Assembly: GCA_963843575.1 (NCBI GenBank) | Contig: CAWJKZ010000010.1 | Location: 544,001-608,000 of the forward strand | Reading direction: 5' to 3' | Source: an uncultured Acidobacteriota bacterium | Lineage (GTDB): Bacteria; Acidobacteriota; UBA6911 | Length of the DNA: 64,000 bases | Shown here: positions 22,545 to 33,936 of the stretch, in pieces | Layout: the number at the start of each line of letters is the position of its first letter | Position numbering within the stretch: position 1 is the stretch's first letter | Translations under genes and position numbers: made by a program | The notes under the pieces: model-generated | The model's input: only the letters and a program-made list of their open reading frames with translations | Database searches by the model: none | Told to the model about the DNA's origin: nothing

Positions 22545-22666
22545 CGGCGCGGCGCCGAGGCGCCGCACTTCGCAGGTCGCGTCTCGCAATTCTGCAGGGC
22601 GCCGAGGCGCCGGGGATTTCGGCCGTAGCACGTAATTGGAAAGCGGCGCCGAGGCGCCGCACTCCA
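22545..22666. repeat. REP family A mosaic
   Basis: Several GGCGCCGAGGCGCC units ending in AAAGCGGCGCCGAGGCGCCGCACTCCA. Confidence 0.8.
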
Positions 22667-22676
22667 GAAGGAGAGT

Positions 22677-23792
22677 ATGAGAAGCGTCTTGTGCGTATCG
22701 CTGCTCACCATTCTCTTCAGCACGTCGGAGCCAGGGGCTGGGCTGAAGCACGTCGACGTCTTTCGGTCGGGCGACCACGGCTATTTCGGTTATCGCATTC
22801 CCGCCATCGAGACCGCGGCGGATGGCACCCTGCTTGCCTTTGTCGAAGCCCGCAAATACACGCTCGGCGATCCGGGACTCGAGGGCCAGGAAATCGACCT
22901 CGTGCTGCGCCGCAGCACCGACGGGGGCGCGACGTGGTCCCCGATGCAGCTGATAGAACATGCGGGGGATTTCTGGTCGGCCGCCAATCCCTCGACCCTC
23001 GTGGACAGGAGCGACAACCGGGTCTGGGTCTTTTATCTGCGCTGCAGGCCGGGGCGCAACACCCACACGGCCCGGCCCATGACCGACGACATCCGCCTGC
23101 TCGCCCGATCGAGCTCCGATTCCGGGGCAACCTGGACGCAACCCATCGAACTCACCGCTACCTGCCGGGACATGGAGGACGGCTCCTGGCGCACCAGCGT
23201 GCCCGGTCCCGGCGGCGCCATACAGGACGGCAAGGGACGCCTCCTGGTACCAATGTGGATGTTCGAGCCATGGCGGAATTTTGCGATTTTCAGTGAAGAC
23301 CATGGTCGGACCTGGCAGCGCGGCGCTTTCGTCCCCGGCGGCCGCGAGGGAGACGAATGCCAACTGGTTGAACTGTCCGATGGGACCCTGCTCCTCGACA
23401 TCCGACAGCAGGCCGGCGCGCACCGGTGGTTGTCGACGAGCCGTGACGGCGGGCGCACCTGGTCCGAACCAAGGGCGGGGGAGACCGTGACGCCCGTCGC
23501 CTGCGCCATCGAACGAGCGGATCGGAATCGCCTCGTCTGGACCGGGCCGCGGGGGCCGGGACGCAACAACCTCGTGCTGCGATCGTCGAGCGACGACGGC
23601 AGGAGCTTCGCCGGCGAGCTTTTGATCTTCGAAGGGCCGGCCGCCTATTCGGACCTGACGATCCTGAAAGACGGGAGCATCGGGATCCTGTGGGAACGCG
23701 GCGTCGAGCGCACGTATCAGTTCGTCAGCTTTACGCGGGTGGAATCGTCGGGTCTGAGAAACCTTGCGGCGTTCCAGAGGAAAAACCATTGA
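22677..23792 (+). CDS. Exo-alpha-sialidase family protein (BNR/Asp-box)
   Basis: YRIP motif; Asp boxes STDGGATW, SSDSGATW, SEDHGRTW, SRDGGRTW, SDDGRSF; AYSDL. Confidence 0.92.
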   Translation: MRSVLCVSLLTILFSTSEPGAGLKHVDVFRSGDHGYFGYRIPAIETAADGTLLAFVEARKYTLGDPGLEGQEIDLVLRRSTDGGATWSPMQLIEHAGDFWSAANPSTLVDRSDNRVWVFYLRCRPGRNTHTARPMTDDIRLLARSSSDSGATWTQPIELTATCRDMEDGSWRTSVPGPGGAIQDGKGRLLVPMWMFEPWRNFAIFSEDHGRTWQRGAFVPGGREGDECQLVELSDGTLLLDIRQQAGAHRWLSTSRDGGRTWSEPRAGETVTPVACAIERADRNRLVWTGPRGPGRNNLVLRSSSDDGRSFAGELLIFEGPAAYSDLTILKDGSIGILWERGVERTYQFVSFTRVESSGLRNLAAFQRKNH

Positions 23793-23805
23793 GCAGGAGA
23801 GGACC

Positions 23806-25103
23806 ATGAGAAGAAACCGTCGAGCTTTTGTCAAGAGCGCGGGGATGGCTTCGGCGTTTGCGGCCGTCGAATGTGCCAACCTGAATTCGTGGGCAATCGG
23901 GGCAAACGAGAAGGTCGTGCTCGGCCTGATCGGCGGCCGCAACCAGGGCCGCGCGGACGCCCTATCCGCCATAAAGGACGGGGCCGAGATCAAGACCTTC
24001 TGCGACATCGACGACGCCATCCTCGGCCGGGTGGGCGCGGACATCGGGAAAGCACAAGGGAAAACCCCCGCCACGTGCAAGGACTTCCGCCGGGTCCTGG
24101 AAGACCGCGACATCGACGCGGTGATCATCGCCACCCCCGATCACTGGCACGCCGTTCAGACGATCCTGGCGTGCCAGGCGGGCAAGGACGTCTACATCGA
24201 AAAGCCGCTGTCGCAGACCATCCGGGAAGGCCAGCGAATGCGCGAGGCCGCGCGCCGTTTCAAACGCGTCGTCCAGGTCGGAACCCAGCGGCGCAGCACC
24301 GTGCACATCCGGGAGGCGGTCGAGTACGCCGCATCCGGGAAGCTGGGCAAGATCTGCCTGATCAAGGCGTGGATCACCCAGCTGCGCGAGTCCATAGGCA
24401 CCCCGCCCGACGGCAACGCCCCCGGCCGGCGCCGATTACGACATGTGGCTGGGGCCCGCCCCGCTGCGACCCTTCAACCCGAACCGGTTCCACTACAACT
24501 GGCGGTTCTTCTGGGACTACGGCAACAGCGAGCTGGGCAACCAGGGCGTCCACATGCTCGACGTCGCGATGTGGGGGATCCAGAAGATGCGGGGCTTGGA
24601 CCGGTGTCTTCCCCGGCGCATCTCCAGCAACGGCGGCATCTACTGGCTGAACGACGCCAAGGAAGTGCCGGACACTCAGGTCGTCACCTACGACTACGGC
24701 GACCTGATGCTGGTCTGGGAGATGCACAGCTTCCAACAATACCACCGACTCGAGGGGGTCACGGCCGGCACTGCATTTTACGGCACCGAGGGCACCCTGG
24801 TCGTCGACGGCAGCGGCTGGAACGTGACCGGCAAGGGCGGAGCCGCAGGGCCGGGCGGCAAGGACGCCGGAGGCTCTCACACCGCCAACTTTCTGGAGTG
24901 CGTCAAGAGCCGGCAAGCAGCCGAACTCGGACGTGGAAATCGGGCGGCTCAGCACGACCCTCTGCCACCTCGGCAACATCTCGCACCACCTGGGCCGAGA
25001 CGTGGTCTTTGATCCCGGCACCGAAACCTTCGGCGACGACAAGGCCGCGAACGGCTGTCTCACGAAACCGTACCGCGGCCCGTTCGGCCTCCCGGAGCTC
25101 TAG
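23806..25103 (+). CDS. Gfo/Idh/MocA oxidoreductase, Tat-type signal (frameshifts at about 24425 and 24918)
   Basis: NRRAFVK, IATPDHWH, GKDVYIEKP, QVGTQRRS, WLGPAP, GNQGVHMLD. Confidence 0.92.
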
Positions 25104-25165
25104 CCCGACGACGCGCGAACCTTGACACGAATGAACCGCGGGGCGAAGACAGAAACAACTCGATA

Positions 25166-25473
25166 GTAGAGTAGGGGAGGGGCAACCAACGTCGCAGCCT
25201 CCCCCCTCGTCGAACCGGACATAAGGATTTCCCTTATCCGGCTCTCACAGAGACTGTCATCGCAGGACTAAGCGCGAGAACAGAGGCAGTAGGCTTCAGA
25301 AGTAGATCAGCCCAAGCCGGGCGAACAACTCGTAGAAGCTTACTCCCTGCGGTGGTCTGAAAGGCCGCTGGCTGCGCCGACGTAGATGCCGCGTCAGCCG
25401 CCACCGCGCGAACACATTGATCTTGCGGAAGGACTCTCAGCTCACTAGATGAACCGGGGGGTCCCGGCGCTTC
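25166..25473 (-). mobile_element. Internally deleted group II intron (DV, DVI, 3' end and maturase tail)
   Basis: Minus strand reads GAGAGCCGGATAAGGGAAATCCTTATGTCCGGTTCG (DV, 25212-25246), then GAGGGGGG and a DVI hairpin ending CCCTACTCTAC at 25166. Confidence 0.88.
25296..25438 (-). pseudogene. C-terminal fragment of a group II intron RT/maturase
   Basis: ESFRKINVFARWRLTRHLRRRSQRPFRPPQGVSFYELFARLGLIYF* lies just upstream of DV. Confidence 0.8.
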
Positions 25474-25552
25474 CGGAAGACACGGAGAAAAACAGAAGGA
25501 CACGGAAGGCCCCCTCGAGTTCTTTGGGCTCCTGGAGCCTTCGAGGTCGGCC

Positions 25553-26951
25553 CTACGGGTCGCGCTTCATGGGTGCCGGAAAAGGCAGGGTGTCGGGCAC
25601 GACGCGTACTCCCGAGGTGAACTTGAAAGGGTACATCCCGCCGCTCGGGAACGTCAGCTCCACGAAGAACGCAGTCCACCCTTCGGCCGGCTTGGGGACA
25701 CGCGCGAGGTAGGTGCCGTCCGATCCCGGTTCCAGCGTGGAGCTCTTGTATGCCGGGCCGAGGGTATCGAGCCGGAAGTCCCTCGCCTTGGGGTTGGTGG
25801 CTTGCCAGAGATTGACGTCTGAAGGCGGGTCCTGGGTCCGGACGGCGATGGAGCCGTCCTTCTCGAATTTCCAGGAAAACCGCGGCCGCGGCGTGCCTTT
25901 GACGATGCTTTCGTAATACCCCGCAAGAGCGAGCGCCGCGTCGGAATTCTCGAGGTCATGCCGTGTGTTGGGGACGTAGCGCAGGTATTTCTCGCCTCTG
26001 AATTCGTCGAAGTAGAACTGGGACGAGTCGGGCAGGAAATACTGGTCGCCCGTCGAGTTCACGATGTACTTCGGGATGGTGAGGCGGTCGCGGTACGAGA
26101 AGGGGTCCTCGATCTTCATCAGCGCCTTCCACTGCGGCGTGCCCACCCACTCCATCAGGTGCATCGACGTGTAGTCCTCCAGCGCTGGGGCCCAGAAACC
26201 GTAGGCGCGGAAGTGGTGCTGCATCGAGCGTTCGTTGTTGAGCACGTCGATGACGAGGGGCATCACCGCGATCACCCGGTCGTCGACCGCCGCGACCGTC
26301 CACGCTGTCCAACCGCGCTTCGACGCGCCGGCCACTACGAACTTGTCCACCTGGACGTCTTGCTGGGCGCGCAGGAAATCGCTCACGGCATCCATGGCGC
26401 GGATGGCACTCTTGGTCATCGGTAAGCGCAGCGGCCAAGTCTCGTCCCCGGTCTTCAGATACTTGTCCCAGCTGAAGGCGATAATGGCGTCCTCGGTGCG
26501 CGGGCCCGCGTCGCCGGCAAACTTGAGCGGCTCGTTCGGAACGCCCCGAATTTCGGCCAGCACCGACTGCGTACCGGTGGCGATGGCGGCCAGCGCGGGA
26601 TTGGCGGACTGGGGAGCCTTCCTGCCAAGCGATCCACCCGAGATGAAAAGCAGGGCCGTGGAACTCTTCACCTGGTCGGGCTGTATTATGACGAGCCAGT
26701 GCTCCCACACCGGGTGGTCCACCTCGGCCGCCGAACGCCACTGTTGCGAAGTCAGCGAAAGCACGTGCGTGGTGAAACCGGCTCCTCTGGGTCGAGTGGT
26801 CCAGCCGGTACCCGTAGACCGAGTCCGGGGTGAAGACGTATCGGTCCAGCGCGGTGCCGGCGCCCGGCGCGATCCGCGGCCCGGCGTAGGCCGCCATGGA
26901 CGCAATGATGGCCAGACCCAACACGACCCCTGCCTTCGTTTCATGCATCAA
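25553..26951 (-). CDS. PhoPQ-activated pathogenicity-related (PqaA-like) alpha/beta hydrolase (frameshift at about 26785)
   Basis: TALDRYV, LTSQQWR, EDAIIA, LPMTKS, GASKRGWT, DQYFLPDS, YLRYVPN. Confidence 0.9.
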
Positions 26952-27076
26952 ACAATCCCCTTAAACATTTCGGGTAATAGTACCGCATGAACCCACCGGT
27001 GCCGAGAGGGGGAATCTCGTGGAGTGAGGCGACCCGACCTGTCCTCGAGACGCAGTGCCGGGAGGGGCACACCAGT

Positions 27077-27130
27077 CCTTCCGTGTCTTCAGTATCGAGT
27101 TGTTTTTGTCTGTCTTTGCCCCGCGGCTCA
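27077..27130 (+). repeat. Family C arm plus intron-free copy of the intron target site
   Basis: CCTTCCGTGTCTTCAG|TATCGAGTTGTTT...GCCCCGCGGCTCA matches the joined flanks of the element at 25166-25473. Confidence 0.75.
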
Positions 27131-27141
27131 AGACATGTAGT

Positions 27142-29088
27142 TCACCTGGGCGGCGTCGGGCCGCCGCCGCCCATTGGGGTGGAGACGCGGCGAAGCTGGC
27201 CGTCGTAGGCTTCGCCGAAATCGATGTTGTGGGCGGCCAGGGTGCGGCCCGCCGCGCGCTCCAGCGCCGTCCGCGCCTTGGCGTACTGGCTGGTCGCGAT
27301 CACCTCGTCCGAGCGCGCCTGCGCCAGGTCGCGCTGGTATTGGATGACGAAAAAACTGGTGGTCGCGCCGACGCCGTACTTCTCCTGCTCCGCCTCGAGG
27401 GCCTCTTCCTGGAGCACCCGCGTCTGCCGCGCGGCGTCGTAGGCAGCCCGCGCACGCTCCACCGCGATCAGCGCCGCTTCCACCTCGGTGCGCACCTGGT
27501 GTTTCAGCTGCTCGAGGCGCATCTCGGCCTGGTTCACCTGCGCCCGGTCGCGCATCATGTCGCCGCGGGCCTGCCGATTGCTCAGCGGAATCGTCAACTG
27601 CAGGTAGACCGAGTAGTCGGGGAAATTGCGCCGCAGGAGCTGGGATAGAACGCTGCCATAGCCTCCGAGGAACATCGGATCGACCGTGCGGGTAAACGGT
27701 GTGCCCGCCAGGGAGCCAGGGGGAGGAATCAGGTTCGGGTCCCCGGCGAGCGCGTTGTTCTGCATCGCGCCGACCAGGTCGAGCTGCGGCTTCAGGGCGC
27801 TCCTGGAACCTTCGAGGGTGATCCGGGCGTTGTCGATCTGCAACCGTGCCTGGGCGTAGTCGGGGCGGGAGCGGAAAGCCTCCTCGACGAGGCTTTCGAG
27901 CAGTTCCGGAGGTTCCCGGTCGGGGATCCGGATGGTATCGGTGGGGACGATACGGGCGCCGCGGATTTCCGGGTCTTCCGTGCCGCGCCGGGTCAGGAAA
28001 TTCTTGAGGATGACCTCTTGCTGCAAGACCAGGCTCTCGGAGTTCGTGACGCCCTGGCGCGTGCGGGCCGCTTCGGCCTGCGCCCGCGACACCTCTATCG
28101 GGGCCAGCGTGCCGACATCGACCTGGGCCTGGTTGTTCTCGAGCAGGGTCTCGGCGCGCCTCAGCGCCTGCCGCTTGACCTCGGTGTCCTGCCGCACGCC
28201 CACCAGGTCCCAGTAGAGGCGGATGACGCCGGAGACGGTGGCAATGAGCTGCTGACGGAAGGTGAGGTCGGCAATCCTCTGATCGTTACCGGCGATCCGG
28301 ATGAAGCGCCGGTTGACGGCCGGGCCGAAACCCTGCAGCAGCGGCTGGGTGAAGGTAATCCCGAGCGACGACGCCATGCTGGGGTTATAGTCCAGGCGCC
28401 CCGAGTTCAGGCTCTGGCGGGCGTTGCTGAAACCCAGGTTGAACTGGCCGCCCGAGGCGAAGCCCTGCTGGAAACCGGTGTTGTAGGCGCGGCTGTCGGT
28501 CGTCAGAAAACTGGTCCCGTACGTGGCGCTGTTGGTCTGGGGCGAGGTCCGGTGCCCCGCGCCGAGTTGACCGGTCAGCGCCGGGTCGAAGGAAGGCACC
28601 TTGGGACCCGGAGACGTCACGCCGGTGCCGATCCCGGCGATCTGGCCGAGCGCCAGGTTGACATCCGTCTGGTTGTTGGTCGTGTCGGTCCCCCCGGCCA
28701 GCACGGTGCTGAGTGGGCCGCCGACACCGGGAGGGGCCTCGCGCACCGTGAAGGTGAGGCCGCGCAGCGAGGCCCCGGACCGGGTACGCAGCAGGTCGGC
28801 GGCCGCCAAAACGGGGGTGTACCGCTGGACGGCGATGTCGAGGTTGTTTTCGACGGCCAGAGCGATGGCGTCCTCCAGCGACAGGTAGATCTCGGCGCCG
28901 CGCATCAACGCCTTCAGCCGCGGGGTGTCCTCGAGGCGGTTCTGCGGCACGTCGGGCACGTGGTAAGGCGACTGGAACCACTGCCAGAAACCGGCGCCGT
29001 TATCCTGACCCGGCGCGGCGACTGCAGCGACGAGGCAGAGGAGGATGGCGGAACTGCGAACGGACATGGGCATACGTGTGCTCTTCAT
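27142..29088 (-). CDS. TolC-family outer-membrane efflux protein
   Basis: LSLEDAIALAVENNLDI, FTQPLLQGFG, YWDLV, EQEKYGVG. Last gene of the RND operon. Confidence 0.92.
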   Translation of the reverse strand: MKSTRMPMSVRSSAILLCLVAAVAAPGQDNGAGFWQWFQSPYHVPDVPQNRLEDTPRLKALMRGAEIYLSLEDAIALAVENNLDIAVQRYTPVLAAADLLRTRSGASLRGLTFTVREAPPGVGGPLSTVLAGGTDTTNNQTDVNLALGQIAGIGTGVTSPGPKVPSFDPALTGQLGAGHRTSPQTNSATYGTSFLTTDSRAYNTGFQQGFASGGQFNLGFSNARQSLNSGRLDYNPSMASSLGITFTQPLLQGFGPAVNRRFIRIAGNDQRIADLTFRQQLIATVSGVIRLYWDLVGVRQDTEVKRQALRRAETLLENNQAQVDVGTLAPIEVSRAQAEAARTRQGVTNSESLVLQQEVILKNFLTRRGTEDPEIRGARIVPTDTIRIPDREPPELLESLVEEAFRSRPDYAQARLQIDNARITLEGSRSALKPQLDLVGAMQNNALAGDPNLIPPPGSLAGTPFTRTVDPMFLGGYGSVLSQLLRRNFPDYSVYLQLTIPLSNRQARGDMMRDRAQVNQAEMRLEQLKHQVRTEVEAALIAVERARAAYDAARQTRVLQEEALEAEQEKYGVGATTSFFVIQYQRDLAQARSDEVIATSQYAKARTALERAAGRTLAAHNIDFGEAYDGQLRRVSTPMGGGGPTPPR

Positions 29089-29124
29089 CTTTTCGGGCCG
29101 TGTGTGCCCGTGGTGATCACTTCC

Positions 29125-30435
29125 TCACTTCGACCTCGGCGGGGCCTCCTGCGCTGGCCTGGCCTGCACGACCGCGCCTTCCCGGACGTCGTCGCTCGGG
29201 TTGATCACGATCGACTCGCCTCCGGTCAGGCCCGAGGTCACCTCGATGTCGTCGCCGTAGTCCCGCCCGAGCGTGACCTTCTGGAAGTGCACGGTGCCGT
29301 TTTGCAGGACGACCGCGACCTGCGGCCCGTCGGATCGCACCACGAGGGTCTCCCCCGGGATGGTCACCCCCGGCGCCGTCTTCGCCTTCGAGAGGGTAAC
29401 GTGCGCGTACATCCCCGGCATGAGGACGTTGCCGGTGTTCGGGACGTGGATTTCGGTCAAAAGGGTCCGGGTTGCCGGGTCCAGGGCGTTCGCCGTTCGG
29501 GCGATCCTGCCCTCGAAGCGGCTTTGCCGGAGCGCGTCGACCGTCACGGCCGCAGCGTCCCCGATCGCGATGGCAGGGATATGGATTTGCGGCACGTTGA
29601 TCAGGATGCGCAGCCTGTCGGTCTGAGCGAGCCGGTACAGCTCGCGCCCCTCGCTCGCGCCGCCGCGGATCAGGGCCCCCACTTCGGTGTTGCGCGCCGT
29701 GATGACCCCGCCGAACGGCGCCCGGATCTCCTGGAACCCCTTCAGATCCCTCAGACGCTGCAGGTCGGCTCGGCTGGCCGCGACGACGTTTTCCGCGGCG
29801 GCCACGTTTGCGCGCGCGGCGGCGTTGTCGGCCCGGCGTGCCTCGTAGGCCGCCTGTTTCTCGTCGACTTCCTGGCGCGACACGACGCGCTTGCCGAACA
29901 AGGTCGTCCAGCGCTGGGCCGTCACCTCGGCCAGCTTCAGCTGGGTGTCGGACTGCTCGAGCGCGGCCTTGGACTGCTCGAGGGCCGACTCGGTGCGCGC
30001 CATGCTCGCCTGCGCCTGCTGCACCTGGCTGTCTACCTCCGGCGCCTCGATCACCGCCAGCAGCTGCCCCTCGCGGACGCGGTCGCCGATGTCGACGAGG
30101 CGCCGGCGCACGTAACCTTCCGAGCGCGCAAAAATCGGGGTTTCGTAAATCGCCTGCATGCTCCCCGGCAACAGCAGGTCCCCCCGGGCCGGCTGGGCGG
30201 TCGCCCGGGCAACCAGGACCGTCGGCAAGCCCTGCGCCCGTTCGGAGGCCTCCATCACCTCGCGCTCCCGCGCCCACCGCGGTCGCAGCGCCGTCGCGAT
30301 CAGGACCGCGAACAAGGTGACCAGCACCGCCGCGGTGACGAGGGGTTTGACGCGCGAAAACTTCTTCCGCGGCGGCACCGCGGGGGAACCATCCCGGCTC
30401 CCCGGTCGCGTTTGTGGCATCGGCTCAGTTTGCAT
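29125..30435 (-). CDS. RND efflux periplasmic adaptor subunit
   Basis: GYVRRRLVDIGDRVREGQLLA, IRAPFGGVITARN, DPATRTL, LMPGMY. Confidence 0.95.
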   Translation of the reverse strand: MQTEPMPQTRPGSRDGSPAVPPRKKFSRVKPLVTAAVLVTLFAVLIATALRPRWAREREVMEASERAQGLPTVLVARATAQPARGDLLLPGSMQAIYETPIFARSEGYVRRRLVDIGDRVREGQLLAVIEAPEVDSQVQQAQASMARTESALEQSKAALEQSDTQLKLAEVTAQRWTTLFGKRVVSRQEVDEKQAAYEARRADNAAARANVAAAENVVAASRADLQRLRDLKGFQEIRAPFGGVITARNTEVGALIRGGASEGRELYRLAQTDRLRILINVPQIHIPAIAIGDAAAVTVDALRQSRFEGRIARTANALDPATRTLLTEIHVPNTGNVLMPGMYAHVTLSKAKTAPGVTIPGETLVVRSDGPQVAVVLQNGTVHFQKVTLGRDYGDDIEVTSGLTGGESIVINPSDDVREGAVVQARPAQEAPPRSK

Positions 30436-33400
30436 AGTGGGTCCCGCCGTCAGGCTTGCCGCCGTGCGCTGCCGTCAGTTCGGCATCGAAGTCCTTCGGC
30501 GGAGTCTTTCGGAGATAACTGTAGATCACAGGCACGAAGAAGAGGGTCGTCGCCGTCGCCAGCGCAAGACCCCCGATCACCGCTCGGGCGAGCGGCGCGT
30601 TCTGCTCTCCGCCTTCCCCCACCCCGAGCGCCATCGGGACCATCCCGATGATCATGGCCAACGCCGTCATCAGGACCGGCCGCATCCTGGTCACGCCCGC
30701 GGAAAGCGCCCCTTCCAGCGCGTTGCAGCCCAGGGCCCTCTGGTCGTTTGCGAACGTGACCACCAGGATGCTGTTGGCCGTGGCCACCCCGATCGTCATC
30801 AGGGTGCCCATCAGCGACGGCACACTCAGGGTGGTTTGGGTCACGAATAGGATCCAAAGGATACCCGAGAGCGCGCCGGGGAGCGCGGTCATGATGATGA
30901 AGGGGTCGAGCCACGACTGAAAGTTCACGACCATGAGCAGGTAGACGAGCGCGACCGCAAAGATCAGGCCGAGACCGAGGCCCGCAAAGGACGACTCCAT
31001 GGTCTCGACCTGCCCGCGCATCTCGAGGAACACCCCCTTCGGCAGGCCGGGCTCGACCTCATGCAGGATTGCACGGATCGCGCCGGCGACCGAGCCGAGG
31101 TCCCGCCCCTCGACGTTGGCGAACACGTCAAACACGGGCTGGACGTTGTAGTGATTGACCACCGCCATGGAGGTGCCGCGCTCGAACGACGCGAGATTGC
31201 TCAGCATCTGGGGCGTCCTGGAGGTCGGGGACACGACGGGGGTTCGGGCCAGCGCATCGAAGGAGTCGATCCGGTACTGGGGTGTCTGGACGAGTACGCT
31301 GTAGCTGACCCCGTTGACGGGATTGAGCCAGAAGTTGGGCGCCACCTGCCCGCTCGAGCTGAGCGAGATCAGCATGCTGCTGGCCACGTCGCGCTGCGTC
31401 AGGCCGATCTGAGCCGCACGCGCCCGGTCGACCTCGACCCGCAGCTCCGGGTAATTCATCACCTGGTGCAGGTGAACGTCAACCGCCCCCGGAACCCTCA
31501 CGATACGCCGCTCCAGCTCACGGGCTACCGCGTAGGCGGAAGGCTTGTCCCGCCCGACCACCTGCACGTCGATGGGTGCCGGGAGCCCGAAATTCAGGAT
31601 CTGGTTGGTGATGTTGGCCGGCTGGTAGAAGAAGATCAGGTCCGGGAACTCGCGCGTGAGTTCCTGGCGGAGCAGCTTCTTGTACTCCTCCGTCGACCTG
31701 CGCCTTCCGGGGGTCAGGGCGATCATGATCTCGCCGTCCGCGGCTCCAAGCGAAGACGAGTCGCTGTAGGCCAGGTTCAGCCCTCCGACCGGAAGCCCGA
31801 TGTTGTCCAGGATTGTCCGGAGCTCCTCGGGCGGGATCAACCGCCGGATCACGGCCTCCACGTTGCTGAAGATGCGCTCCGTCTGCTCGATTCTCGTGCC
31901 GGCCGGCGCCCGCACGTGCAGTCTCATCTGCCCAGAGTCGACCGTGGGGAAGAAATCCTGGCCGACAAACTGGAACAGGACCAGGGAACCCGCGAAAAAC
32001 ACCAGGAAGAAGGCCGCGGTAACCGCACGGTGGTGCAGGCACCAGTCCAGCGACCGGTTGTACCCGCGCGAGAAGCGGAGGAACCCGGCGTCGAAGCGAC
32101 GGTGCACACGCCAGAAGAAACCGTGGGATTCGCCTCCGTGCGCCTCCTCTCCCTGCCGGTAACGGCCGACCTCGCGCTTCAGCAGGAAATCCGACATGGT
32201 CGCGACCAGCGTGAAGGAGAGCAGGTACGACATCAGCATCGCGAACACCACGGCCATGGCCAGCGGGGTGAACAGGTACCGCGCCGCGCCCTTCAGAAAG
32301 ACGACCGGCACAAACACGATGCAGATGGCCAGGGTCGAGACGAACACCGGCAGCGCGATCTGGCGACAGCCGTCCAGGATACCCTCGACGAGCGGCTTCT
32401 TCATCGCGAGGTTGCGGTGGATGTTCTCGATCGTCACGATCGCGTCGTCGACGAGGATGCCGACCGCCAGCGCCAGCCCGCCGAGCGTCATGACGTTGAT
32501 CGTCTGGCCGAGGAACTTGAGCAGGATGATGGAGGTGAGGATCGAGAGCGGAATGGAGATGCAGACGATCAGGGTGCTGCGCCAGCTGCCCAGAAAGAGG
32601 ATGATCATGAGCGCCGTCAGGGCCGCGGCGATCAGCGCTTCCTGGACCACCCCCATCACGGCCGCACGCACGAACAGCGACTGGTCGAACAGCTCCGTGA
32701 TGTTCAACTCCGGCGGCAGGGTGGTCCGGATCCGCTTCAGGTTGGCGCGCACCCGCTCGACGATGTCGAGGGTCGAGGCGGTCCCCGTTTTCAGTACCGT
32801 CAGCAGCGCCGAACGGCGCCCGTTCTGCCGGACGATGTTGTTCTGGACGGCAAAGCCGTCGCGGACCTGGGCCACGTCGCGCATGTAGACGATGGCCCCG
32901 TTCACCTGTTTGATCGGCAGGTCGTTGAGGGCGTCGACGACTTCGGGGCTGCTGTTGAGCCTCACGTAGTACTCCCGCTCGGCCACTTTCGCGGTCCCGG
33001 CGGGCAGGATGAGGTTTTGCTGGTTGAGCGCGTTCGAGACGTCTATGGCCGACAGAGCCCTTGGCGTACAGCGCGTCGGGGTTGAGGTCGACCATGATCT
33101 GCCGCGGTTTCCCGCCGTAGGGCGGCGGAACGGAGGCTCCCTGGACGGTGGCCAGCTGGGTTCGTATGAAATTCAGCCCGTAGTCGAAGAGCTGCGCCTC
33201 GGTCAGGGTCTGGCTGTCGAGCGCCAGTTGGAGAATCGGCACGCTGGAGGCGTTGTACTTGATGATCGAGGGGGGAAAGATGCCGGGAGGAAGGATCCGA
33301 GTGAGGCCGCCGGAGTTGGCGTTGATCTGGGCCACGGCCATCTCGACCTTCGCGTCGGGCTGGAAATAAATGCGCAGCACGCTCACGCCGTTGAGCGACT

Positions 33401-33650
33401 GCGATTCCATGTGTTCGATGTCGTTGACGGTCGTCGTGAAGGACCGCTCGGTCACGGTGGCGATGCGGCGTTCCATCTCCTCCGGAGAAATGCCGCTGTA
33501 GGACCAGATCACGCTGACGACCGGAATGTCGATCACGGGGAAAATGTCGGTCGGGGTCGTGTAGATGGCGACCGCACCCAGGAGGGCGATGGCTATCGCC
33601 ATCACGACAAACGTATACGGTCGTGTCAACGCGACGCGGACTATCCACAT
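30425..33650 (-). CDS. RND efflux permease, AcrB/AcrD/AcrF family (frameshift at about 33055)
   Basis: TDIFPVIDIPVV, NVMTLGGLALAVGILVDDAIV, RMRPVLMTALAMIIGMVP. Confidence 0.95.
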
Positions 33651-33754
33651 AGCAGCCTGCCTGCGAACGATGCGATGGTTGTCGGGGAGCCCTATTCTAG
33701 ACTAAATCCCGCTGCGGAACTCAAGATTCACACAACTACCCAACGGTTGATTGT

Positions 33755-33936
33755 GGGAGTGCGGCGGCTCGACGCCGCTTTCCCGGCGGCGCCTCGGCGC
33801 CGCCGCTGAACGAGACCGAAGGGCTGCAACCTGCTATCCGCCCCCGAAGCGCCGGGCATTCCGGCCATAGAGCCAAGTCAAAAGCGGCGCCCAGGCTGCC
33901 CAGGCGCCGCACTCCAGATTCGCCCGGACCCCACTT
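33755..33936. repeat. REP family A element with a family B half
   Basis: A-type ends. The internal GAACGAGACCGAAGGGCTGCAACCTGCTATCCGCCCC is also present at 35523-35559. Confidence 0.85.

Noticed and set aside
15663-33085. Long antisense or alternate-frame ORFs (e.g. 15663..17840, 22179..24134, 28018..30651, 31061..33085)
   Set aside because: Shadow ORFs of high-GC coding strands: Arg/Gly/Pro-rich, no motifs, fully overlapping well-supported genes.
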